A stretch of DNA of 49,659 bases, the filler included, from Catajapyx aquilonaris (lineage: Eukaryota), in NCBI GenBank assembly GCA_000934665.2. It is 2 parts of 2 records of this genome, joined end to end, with 100 filler letters (N's around TTAATTAATTAA, not from the genome) between each part and the next. Parts side by side here need not be neighbours in the genome. Positions count along the whole stretch, not along the records: positions 1 to 24,767 come from JYFJ02005461.1; positions 24,868 to 49,659 come from KZ539355.1. The stretch is one strand, 5' to 3'. Each line of letters begins with the position of its first letter. Within the stretch, counting starts at the first letter, position 1. A program made the position numbers and the translations under genes. The notes beneath the pieces were generated by a model. It was given only the letters and a program-made list of their open reading frames with translations, did no database searches and had not been told where the DNA came from. Shown here piece by piece: positions 24,500-35,700 of this stretch.

Positions 24500-24767
24500 A
24501 TGCGGACATAGTTGTCTCCCCAGGGCTCAACTTCCGATTTTTAAAGCCTCCAGCGAATGAAGGTGCGGTTCAAAATGGATCCTCCCTATTTATTGGTCGA
24601 GATCATCTGATGAACGGGCCAAGTGGATGCTGTGATATGAAAGCACCCAGATGATCAAGTAGGGTCAAATAGGGCTTATCGGACGACCCCTAACCACTTG
24701 CTCTGTGTGCTGTGCGGGGTGATCCCGCCTGACATACAGGCGAAAATGGCCTGGGATCTTAGATGCG
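24500..24767 (-). mobile_element. Possible decayed Tc1/mariner (maT-like) transposase C-terminal remnant
   Basis: Minus strand, across frameshifts, gives W P . S S D D L D ... S I L ... H S L E A L K, resembling WPSSSPDLNPLD...HxNLESLK. Confidence 0.3.
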
Positions 24768-24867
24768 NNNNNNNNNNNNNNNNNNNNNNNNNNNNNNNNN
24801 NNNNNNNNNNNTTAATTAATTAANNNNNNNNNNNNNNNNNNNNNNNNNNNNNNNNNNNNNNNNNNNN
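24768..24867. other. Assembly gap with artificial six-frame stop linker
   Basis: 44 N + TTAATTAATTAA (24812-24823) + 44 N, exactly 100 nt. Confidence 0.95.
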
Positions 24868-26083
24868 AGCTCAAGGGGGACTATATTAAAAAATGATTAG
24901 GAGGATTTCAATAAAGGTGTTCATTTTGATACTCAGGTAGATAAATTATTGAACCACCCTCGTACGGCATACAGTTGCGATATAAATTATAATGTGAGTG
25001 TTAATCGACACTCTGCGTATTCCCATGACACGGACAGGAAGGAACAGCTTTGACTATATATTGCATTAATGGTGACAGCGGTGACCACGTGCGTGACGTT
25101 AGGTTGGTAACAAGTACAGTCCGTGGTGGGGTGGACGGGTGGAGGAGAAGGGGGCTTGGTGACGTGGGTCGGGAGTAAAATAAATCAGACAGTACATGAT
25201 TGTGCTACTATGTAAAACCGCCAATGCTTTTGTAGTTATTTAAGGAAACTAATTTCTGAACGGTTACCCGCCTCTAAGCCTGACCTTATTGGCGGATAAA
25301 GTGAATCCGGAAAACCGGAAGTACCTTAGTACGGTACCGGATGTTGATAATGGAACCTATTTTAACACACTGAATCCGAATTCTAAAACCGTTTGTTGAA
25401 TATCTCGCTATGCACTTGCCGTCCCAGCAATCAAAGCGTCATTTTATATGCGATATTTCCCGCAATTCCATCCCGGGAGTGTCATGGCCGCCCACACAGT
25501 TCACTGTGGGAGCCGGACCAGCCCCCTGCATCCAAATTTTTTTAATCATTAACTATAGCCTACATAATAACCTGTAATAACAAAAAAACATGCATTCAGG
25601 TGGCTCGTGGCTGGTGCGGTGGATCTGCAAACTGGGGATGATGCGAGTTGACAATATAGGTATACGTTCAGAACGGTTCAGAGACGTTCCCCCGAATGCT
25701 GTTTTGGAACAGGGCGCTACATCCGGGTATTCGGACTCTACATCCGGGGTTAGCGGGCCAGCTAAGCGCACGCGTGGGAAAAGCGAACTAGTTGCGGGGG
25801 GCTCGGGGGACAAACGTCTCCAGACAGGGACACAACGGCGCCTGGGCAGATGCCGTAGAGAGAAGAGAGGGGGGTCAGAGCTGTGTAGCTGCTATTCAGC
25901 AGCCGCTACAGCTATTGCGCTATTCTGCGACTCGGTATCTTTGCATTTTCGCCATAAAATGACGCGTGACTGACAATACTTCCTTCAGGGTACTGTACGG
26001 TACTAAATAAATTCCTGGATAAAAATAAGGAGGAAGGGAGTGAAAAAAAGACAGAAGAAAAGAGGGAGGGGGAGAAAAAAAGA

Positions 26084-26156
26084 AGCGTCACCCAGACGCG
26101 AACCTGCAACCTTCTGATGTCTTGGCCAGCGCGCTAACCATTACGCTACGGCAGCC
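26084..26156 (-). mobile_element. tRNA-like SINE head or tRNA pseudogene
   Basis: Minus strand GGCTGCCGTAGCGTAATGGTTAGCGCG...GCAGGTTCGCGTCTGGG has an A box and degenerate B box. The cloverleaf is imperfect. Confidence 0.55.
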
Positions 26157-26330
26157 ATCGCTGGAATTGCTCCATCCGATGGGGTTTCTTATACTGCGCA
26201 GAGGTCAGGCCTCCGTTAAATGACTATTACATGACGTGGAGGGGCGAGCGTGTTGATATTTTCATTGCTGGAATATTAATTTTCACTGCTTGATGTGATG
26301 TGAGCAGGGGGTAGGGGTACGATGTACTTA

Positions 26331-26450
26331 CCCAACCCAACCTAACCTAACCTAACCTAACCTTCACTCGTTGCGGATACAGCCCTATCTTCAGGGGATA
26401 CAGCCCTACCTTTACGTATACAGCCCTATCGTCAGCGTATACAGCCCTAC
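26331..26450. repeat. (CCTAA)n tract followed by four 20-21-bp TACAGCCCTA-core repeats
   Basis: CCTAA x4 at 26341-26360; TACAGCCCTA at 26378, 26399, 26419 and 26440. Confidence 0.85.
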
Positions 26451-26684
26451 GTACGGATGTGACTAGAACCATATATGATAGCAGGATAGCGGATAGCGGA
26501 ATCGCAGTAGCAGTTATCCGATGGAGTGATCGGATCGCCGATGAACGGAACGGCGCATACTCTGCGCTTCCCGACTCTCCCGCACGATGGCGCGCAGGCG
26601 ATTGTGCCATTGTGTCCCTGTTTAGAGAGGTTTTTCTCGGGGGGCTGAGCCGCACGCTGAGCCGGACTTTCAATTCATATCAAG

Positions 26685-29600
26685 ATGGCCGCCGGTTGAG
26701 CTCGTTCTCCAATACTGAACTCCATTCCCTCAATCCAGGGGCGGATCCAGAAATCTTTTCTCGGGGGAGCACAAGGGAACTTCTCTGGGGGGAGGGGGAA
26801 ATTTTTCCCCGGTTCAAGGTCACAACCCTTCCTCGCGACCCCAAATTTGGGGTCGCAACCGCAAAACGGAAACAGAACAGTGCAACTTTGCACTGTTCTA
26901 GAGGGATTTTGCGAGTTCCCCCCCCCCCCCGTTTTTTCCTTTTNCCCCCTAAATGCGCCACTGCCTCAATCTGACTTTGTTGGTAAAAGGCATATCAAAT
27001 TGGTATTTTTGGTGCCCTACAGGGATTGTCATTACCAACTTATCAAATGAGTGATGTTATTGTGACAAGCTAAATAATTTGTTTCAGAGGAAGACATGAA
27101 TCGGGGACCAGTGGACTTTACCGATCCAGCAACTGTGAAGAGACGTCTCTTTATTGGAAATGTCATTAAGAGTGATGAGACTCATCGCACTTTGATGGAG
27201 CGATTTGAGAGTTATGGGAAAGTGGAAGGTACCGAAGTAATGATACAATTTGCTGAACTGGATCTAACTAACTTAATCACACCTTTCAGGTTTGCTACTG
27301 AATCGGGGCTTTGGGTTTGTACAGTTTGAAAATGAAGAGATAGCAAAAAATGTACTTGAGTGTGAAAATGGCATCGTCCTTCAGGGCAAGAAAATAGGTA
27401 TGACTTCTATTATAAGCAGAGATTGTTCCATAAGTTAGTGGATATTTATAAATTAGTTTCAGTTGTAGAATTCAGAAACTCACTATCTACAGGGTGTTCC
27501 AAATTCGTGGGTCATTTTTAGTTATCATTAATATTGTCCAAAGTAATTAATTTTTGTGTAGCTTGTTTCACCCCGATCTAGGTGCCTCAGTACTATCAGG
27601 TGGTCGAATGTAGAAGTGGCTGTAGAATAGGGCACCTGGATCAGTGCGCAACAAGCTACACAAAAATAACAGCTTCAAGTGAAATTTTCTATAACTACCA
27701 TATTACCTCTCATATTGCGGCATGCCGGTATAAAACGAGGTTGACCAGCATGCCGGCACGGAGTAGTAAGATGGAGGAGAAACCTGCCTCAGCTTCCTGG
27801 CATTTTTTGTGTCCGGGGCTTTTCAGTTCGCCGGACGGCCGCCAGTTGTCGCGACGGTGAATTTCGCTCTAGGATCTGGTGCTTTGCGCGTGACACAGTG
27901 GTGCGTGATTTGAATGGCGAAGCACTGCGTGAACCGCTGATTTTGGCGATTTAACGGAAATGGCTCGTCCTGAGTTGGACATTTTCGATGTGGATGACAA
28001 CAGTAGTTATGCACACATATTGCCCTGCCGGTCAAGTAGTGGTGACATTATGCACGGAGCATTACACTACTGGCCAAAAGTTGAGCATCACCCCCAAGGA
28101 GAGGTTTGTGTATTTCTAAAGCTTAAACGTACAGTACAAATTGAAAGTGTGAGGTACCGTTGAAAGCACCGTGAATAACTCTACAAACCGGAAAAGGAAC
28201 AGTCATTCTGGGTTCAACAGAGGCGCAGATATTGGCCATTTTGTTTAAAAAACCATTCTCGAAAACCTACATTTTCACCTATTAATATTAATAAATAAAG
28301 GTAATCGTCACGAATTGATGCTTTATAATTGTCATTTATGGCAAGAAGTAAACGCCGAACACAAAAAAATTACCACAAAAATTTAAAAAAAACTCATCAC
28401 TCGAACTGTAATTTTTTAAATTTTCGCCATGTCTTCTTATATGCACGGTGCACAAAATTAAAAAAATTACAGTTCGAGTGATGAGTTTTTAAAAATTTTT
28501 GTGGTAATTTGTTTGTGTTCGGCGTTTACTTCTTGCCATAAATAAAAATTATAAAGCATCAATTCGTGACGATTACCTTTATTTATTAATATTAATAGGT
28601 GAAAATGTAGGTTTTCGAGAATGGTTTTTTAAACAAAATGGGCAATATCTGCGCCTCTGTTGAACCCAGAATGACTGTTCCTTTACTTGAATTTCGATTT
28701 TCGGGCAAATGTCAAGTTCAGAAAGGACAATGTAACTTATGTGAAAACCTCGCCTTATACCGGCATACCTCGCCCTATGCCGGCATGCCGGTATAGCCAC
28801 CAGATCCTGCATTTCTAAAAACTGGTCGACCTGGCCTACACCGGCATGCCGCAATATGAGAGGTAATACGGTAAAAGTACTAATATACTTGGAACACCCT
28901 GTATTTATAGCTTAGAATAACAGGATCAAGGGTGTGGCCACTCTGGTGTACAAGTGTACACCTTGGAAGGATCTCAAATGTCCTGGAAGATGTCTCAAGT
29001 AGGCACTGAGTAGGTGCTGTAGCCATGCTTGAGAAATTTGTGTACATATTCTTTGTACGTGAGCGACTACCCCCTTTGGAAGCATGGTGACACTCAGAAA
29101 CTTCAGCAATGGGATTTTAAAATATTGGTCTTTACCCTCTGCCAGTTTAGTAAAGTTACACACCTGTTAATGAGCCCTCTCATTAGTGTGGACTTGAATA
29201 TTATAATTTACTTTCCTGTTACAGAGCTTAAAGCAGCAAGGGTGGGAGGCAGAGGCCCTGGAGGTGTCCCACTTCATTCGGAAAAAAATGACTCAGCCAT
29301 TCCACAGACAAACAAACAGGAAGCTGCTCCTTCTCCTGCAGCCAAAGGACGGGGACGTTCTACAGGGAGAGGTGACAGTGTAGAAACTGAAGGCAGGGGT
29401 AGAGGTGGCCGTGGTAGAGGTGACTCAAGTGAAGGAGAAGGACGAGGCCGTGGAGGTCGTGGAAGAGGAGACTCGAGCGATGGGGAAGGAAGAGGCAGGG
29501 GTGGCAGGGGCAGAGGGGGAGGGGCTGGTGGGAGGGGTGCTAGAACAGAATCATCAGCATATGGTCAGGCTCCCAGAAAAGAGACGACCCCAACCCCAAA

Positions 29601-32600
29601 GGATAGAGGCATGTACCGAGAGCGGTCTCCTCTTCGAGACTGGCCTTACAGTGATAGAGACAGGATGAGTTCAAGGTGAGATGCAAGTGCAATAGATATG
29701 AAAGGTTACCGAGATGAAGTATCCCTAATGGATATAGGTATGTTTTGGCACCAAACTGCATGTTATTAACCAGATACTTTTGCAGAGTTATGTTCTAAAA
29801 CGAATCAGAAATTGAAGATCCAGTAAAACCTGTCTATATTGGACACTGATAGTTCCATTTAAAATGTCCAACATAGGGAAGTGTCCAACTTATTAAGATT
29901 TCAACGTATGGGTTTCCTAGTGCAGCACAGTAATGTAGAGTACAATTCAAAGTAAGTACTGCACAGTATTCATCCAGTAATTAACTTCCAATGCATGTTC
30001 ATGTATTTATTTATTTTCGGTACAATCTACATACAATTCCTGGAACTGGCCTACTTTATGGTTTTAAAAAATGGTAACAAATGACTGTTTTAAATTTACC
30101 ACCCTCTCCTTAACCCAGATATGCAGGGGAAAATTTTTGTTGCACTTTTGAACTTTTTTTTTGTTTATTAGTTAATATTCGTTCCCAAAACACAAAAATC
30201 GAGATAAAATTTTTGTCTGACTTTGTGTGCCTCTAGTGGCCAAACGCACATTGAGCATGGGAGGAATCTACGACATTTTGCTGCCTGTCAATTGGCTGCC
30301 AGACAACTGGCTGTGGGTCATTTGGCTGCGGTAGAAAAATGGCTGCTGCCTTTTGGTTTCTGATTAAATTGGCTGTGGTCCGAGTTACTGGATGAAATGG
30401 CTGTGGAAATAAGGTTTTTGCAGAATGTAAATTAGAGTACACTAGCAGGTTACCCGGCGTTGCCTGGGTATGTTGGGGTGCTGGTAAATGTAGGGGTCCA
30501 TATACACTATACAGTATATTAGGAGATGTGTTTGTTTGTAAAAATTTCCCTTCCATACACTCGAAACTCGAAATGTCTTAAAATGGGCCTTATAAGATGT
30601 AATCACACCCCCACCTCGTTCCATATGTTTGCTCTAAAGAAGTTTAGAAATGTACTGTACGTACAGATGCATGGTGGAAAATTTTGTTTTCAACACGGAG
30701 TTATATTTGTAAATACTGTAGTATTTCACTGTATTTACTTTTGTCTGGAAGTCTATTTTCAAATCCCACAAAATCCCGGAATTACCATAAGATATGAACT
30801 CACGTGAGGTGGCCAATTAGCGTAATTGGTGGATGCGTTGAATTTACGGCAATGGTTTACCTTGCTAGGTGTTGTTGCATAAGGGCATTTCGTAGGGGAG
30901 ACGAAGTGGAGCTGCGGAAATGCGCCCACGGATGTTAAGGTCCCGGGTCCTTCATCTCGTGCAGAGTTGGGCCGTCTCTGGCTTCGTTTCGGGTGGAATC
31001 TCCTCAGACTAATCCACCCGGGGGAGTTCACAAAATGTACCCTTTGAGAATTGCACTTGCACCTCAGTCACCCTGCCCGTGGGCCCGGGCGCTACGTCAA
31101 AAAGGTTCCATCAAGACGAAATAAACGTTCCCTCCCTGCGGTACGATGCAGGGAGGTAAATCGGCATATTTTTAAAAAGGCATTTCCATGGGAATGCAAA
31201 TTGATATATTGAACATTATTGATGTAAGTTAATTGTTAGGCCCGAGAAGTGAGAAGATTTGGGAATATGCGTGTTGTGGGAGTTAGGTTCATTTTCGGAA
31301 GCTGAAACATGCGGCGTTAGATTCTTGGAAAATGTAACCCCCGATATGCTAATTGAAGGTGGTGTAGGGGCCTTCCCCTGGATTTCTGTAAGGGACAAAC
31401 ATCCAAACAAACAAACTAATATATAGATTAAGATAAATGCAACTTGCAAAATGCAAAATGGGGAGCCCCATCACTCTTGGCAGAGACTGAGAGTACAAAC
31501 CAAGTACAAACCAAAATGTCATTCTTGTTTGGAACACCGACAATGTTGCCAAACAGGATTGGGCGTTGTGCATCAAATCGTTAGTAATGAAATTTGTCCC
31601 AAAATTGGAGTTAAGGACTTCTTGCACCAATGTCTTCAATTAATAATACATCATCGTTAGCTTGAAGGTTGGCAAAGCCACGATAATGTTCCTTGGCCTG
31701 TGGCGCTAGAAGACGGACAGTCACAATAAGCGCCTAGTTCTGCTAACACTCCGCAATTAACTAAAATCATCACGCAGTGAAACATACCATGCCTGGCAGG
31801 GCCACAAGACGTACAGTATTGGTGCTATCACCCCAAAGCCATACAGATGACACCTGCCCCCCGCAACTCCCTCTCTTTTCGCGTGCTCTTAGCAAGTCCC
31901 CTATCCCCGGATTTGGAGCACTGTACCAAATCGCATTCGGGCCAACGACTTCTGAACCATACTGAATGTATCTAAATTGTCAACTCCCATTCAGCCCCAG
32001 TTTCAGATCCACCGCACCAGCCACCCAAATGTGATTTGTTACTGTGCGCCACATCCGGGGATGCTGGCCTCCACATCCAGGGATAGGGGACTTGGCTAAG
32101 CGCATGGCCTTCCCCATATGGCTAGATAGGGAGTTGTGGGGGGCTGGATGACACCAACACAACGGGCACAGCCTTTTTCGTTAATAAACACTAAGTTGCA
32201 TATATGTACTCTGATTTACATTCTGCAAAAACCTTATGTCTGTAGCCCTTTGATCTAGCAACTCTGACCTCAGCCAATTTAATCAGCAACTAAAAGGCAC
32301 CAGCCATTATTACCGTGGCGAAATGACCCTCAGCCAGTTGTCGGGATACCATATGGGGGTAGGTGGGTCCAGGGAAATCTCCTCCTGCTCTACCATATTT
32401 TATTAAGCAAAGTTGCATAATTATTACACCACACCGAAGCAATTTGGAGGAGGGGATATGGTGTCCGACTGCTAATCAGGAGGTCCTGGGATCAAATCCC
32501 GGGGCCGGCAACTCTGACCGTGGTTTTCTGTGGTTTCCCACGGTCTTTCCAGGAAAATTCCGGAGTCGCTTCCGTAATTAATAGGCCACAGCCGCTTCCT

Positions 32601-32746
32601 TTCGTCCCTATCCTATCACACAGAGCACAGTAAAATGAAAAAGCACTTGTTTACATGTACGCTAACTCCATAGTTAACTCTTTAACTCATGTTTATACAA
32701 CCAGCCCTATGAGAAATTCCACAACGAATATACGAAAAAATCGTAT

Positions 32747-32782
<36 letters not shown>

Positions 32783-35700
32783 TGCAAACGTTTTCCATAA
32801 CGTATAGGTTATATAATAAACGGTTTCATGAAAAAAGAACCAAATGTGCGACACCAACCCGTTGCAAAATAAGGAATAAATACAAAGAAACTGTTTCCGA
32901 AAGCATTACTCCAATCTCCAACCCGTTACAAAAGAACGAATACCGGTATGAAAAGAACCGTTTTCAAAAGCGTTACTCGAATACGTTACAAAATAACGAT
33001 TACCAAAAAAAACGTTTTCAAAAGCGTTACTCGAATACGTTACAAAGTAACGATTACCAAAAAAAGTTTTCAAAAGCGTTACTCGAATACGTTACAAAAT
33101 AACGATTACCAAAAAAAGTTTTCAAAAGCGTTACTCGAATACGTTACAAAATAACGAATACAAAATAACGTTTCTTAGTATGCGTTATTTTGTAACGTAT
33201 TCGAATAACGCATATTTTCAACAGAAATAAGTAATCGTTATTTTTTGCATGCGTTATTTATAACCGTTACGTTATCACATCACTAATAGGAGAGTGTGGA
33301 CACTGTGGAGTCGAGTGCGAGCAACCGCGAAGGATGGACGCTTGCTGCGTCGTCTCCCTGGTAAGTTGTAATGAGTGCTGTACTCCTACCTTATTGGGCA
33401 TTAAAGCAAAGCGTAACGAGGCAGTCTGTGTTCTGATTATGTAATCGGCATAGAAGGTAACCTTTGACCTCTGAGGTCACAAGTGGCCCCCAACCTGGGG
33501 CGGCAGGACCGCATTAAGGTCAAGCCGCCCACCCACACCCGCTTTGCTTTGCTTTAATAAGGTAGTCTGGTATCCCCAGTTCGTTACTCGGGCGTACGGA
33601 CCTGCATAGGTCGCCCGAGTACCGGGGAAGGAAATTCCGACCTTTTAAGGTCCATATTTTCCATGAGGAAAGGGCCGCACGAGGCCTTGACCGAGTACGG
33701 CACAAAGGAACCGAGAACCTGAAAAAGGCCCAAGATGGCCGTTTTTCAGCACCTCGTGGTCTCTCCCCGCTCCTTAGCGGGAGAGCCAGGGGCTGTTGCC
33801 GGTCTTGTTGGCCGGCACAGTGGTGATGGTGCACGGTGCACCGCCCCACCATCGCCATTACTCCGTTCCAACTCGCTCCTCTCCAGGCCCCTGATTGGAG
33901 GAATCGGGCCCCGCCCCAGGCTGGAGACGTCACGAGGTGGGTGGCGGGGAGAGGGGGCTTGGTGAAGCTGTCCTCATCCCACCCCCTCCTCCTCTCTCCC
34001 CTTTTTTGAAAAGGAGAGAACTCGGGCACTGCACTCCCGCGCCATCTGCTGGCGGGCGGGAGAAAAAGGGGTTTTGGACCTCCCTTGCCATCTAGGGAGT
34101 GAAAAGAGAAGCTCTTTGAGAGCAATCTGCGCGGGAACTCCGAAATGCTTTGCGATAGGGTCAGTCCTCTGCATGGGGATGATACGGGGCTTGGTAGCCC
34201 CTGTGCTGTTGCAAGCAGACCGATTGTTTCTCCAGTTTGGAGGAGCTCTCCTGTTTCGCCACGGACAGGGAGCTCCTAGCGATCTTTTTTCGCACAGGAG
34301 CAGCATGCACATTAGATACGTATGTGCATGCGGTGATCTAGGTAGATCATGGGGCGCTGAAACTTTTCAGGCCCGCTAGAGCCAGTCCATCTGTAAGATG
34401 GACGGCACCTGTGACCACTTGGGAGTCGTTTCTAAACGGCGAAGTGTAGCATGGGGTGGCACATGTGGTGGCGACGCCCTTCCGTTGGTGCGGGATGCAG
34501 GTCTGGAGAAAAAGGCGGACGTGCCTGGTGCAAGCACAGTCCTGTCAGTACCTAGGCCTCATCTCCCCTCCCCTGATTCCCTGGTCCTGGACGCTCTGGC
34601 TGGGCGGGGACAGGTCGTAAACCGATGGCCGTGTGCATCAGGTGACCTGGTCCTGGTCGTCCGGTCGGTGAGGCGTGGACATGTTGGCACAGTCGATGGC
34701 CGGGAGCCGGTTTCGGAATCCTCGCACCCTTTTGCGGGATAGCCCCTCCCACTCTGACGTCACGGTGGTTAGCTCCTCCCCTTATGACGTAGCGGCCTTG
34801 TGACGTCACCGACTTTCGGCTTTCCATGTTTCTAGCACTGTTGCAGCTTGCAGGTGCCTTAGACCTAAGGGGGTATAATCACTTCGGTACTCCGGTGTAC
34901 ACCTGCGAGTGGTACTCCTCAGGTACCTCACTCTTCATTGCAGCTATATTGCTCCTTATTGATACTCCTTGAATTTGGTACTCCAGTGTACACTTTTCAG
35001 TCGAGTGATCACCCCCTTGCTTAGACCCTATGGTCTAAGGTTATAGCCAGGGAACGCAGGCTCAAAATTCTTCGGGATGCATAAACTGTTTCCTGCAGCA
35101 GCCGGTGGCCAGACCCCACTGATCACCATTACCGCCATTTAGAGGCATACCTCATGCGGGAGGCATATATGTGGCACAATGATGAACTCAACCCAGGTGT
35201 GAGACCAGGAGTAATCCCAGTGTATAAACCAGGAACTCACTGGTGAGGACTCGCTTCCTGCAGCTGCCAGCATCGGCCAGACTCCAGCCCAAGAGCCCAT
35301 CACTCCAGGCCGATGCTGGCTGGAGATGCTGGAGATGTTGGCTGAGTAGCTGGAGTGGGCTCTTGGGCTGGAGTCTGGCCTATGCAGGCAGCTGTATAGG
35401 AAGCAAGTTCTCACGTACCACAGTGAGTTCCTGTTTTATACACTGGGATTACCATTACTCTGGATCTCACCTGGGTTGAGTTCCCCATCGTCCCACATAT
35501 ATGCCTCCCGCATGAGGTATGCCTCTAAATGTGGTGTGTTGACCACAATGTTGGCTGGAGTAGCTAGTAGGTGACAATTGGCTGGAGTCTGGCCGATGCT
35601 GGCAGCTGTAGGAAGGCTGTAGGAAGGCCGCGACGTCATAAGGGGAGGAGCTATCCCCAAAATGGTGCGAGGATTCCGAAACCGGCAGGCGGCTGAGGCA

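Larger units (their letters stand above)
27490..28901. mobile_element. Tc1/mariner-type MITE, outer element of a nest
   Basis: TA|CAGGGTGTTCCAA ... TTGGAACACCCTG|TA. Confidence 0.8.

Noticed and set aside
26084..26156. Functional tRNA gene
   Set aside because: B box is degenerate (GTTCGCGTC) and the acceptor and anticodon stems pair poorly; treated as a SINE head or pseudogene.
32782..33154. ORFs with repeated FQKRYSNTLQ peptides, or a CRISPR-like array
   Set aside because: Head-to-tail minisatellite with no unique spacers, in a eukaryotic intron.
33520..34827. Long GC-rich ORFs (up to 201 aa) inside intron 4
   Set aside because: No domain similarity; consistent with decayed retroelement sequence.
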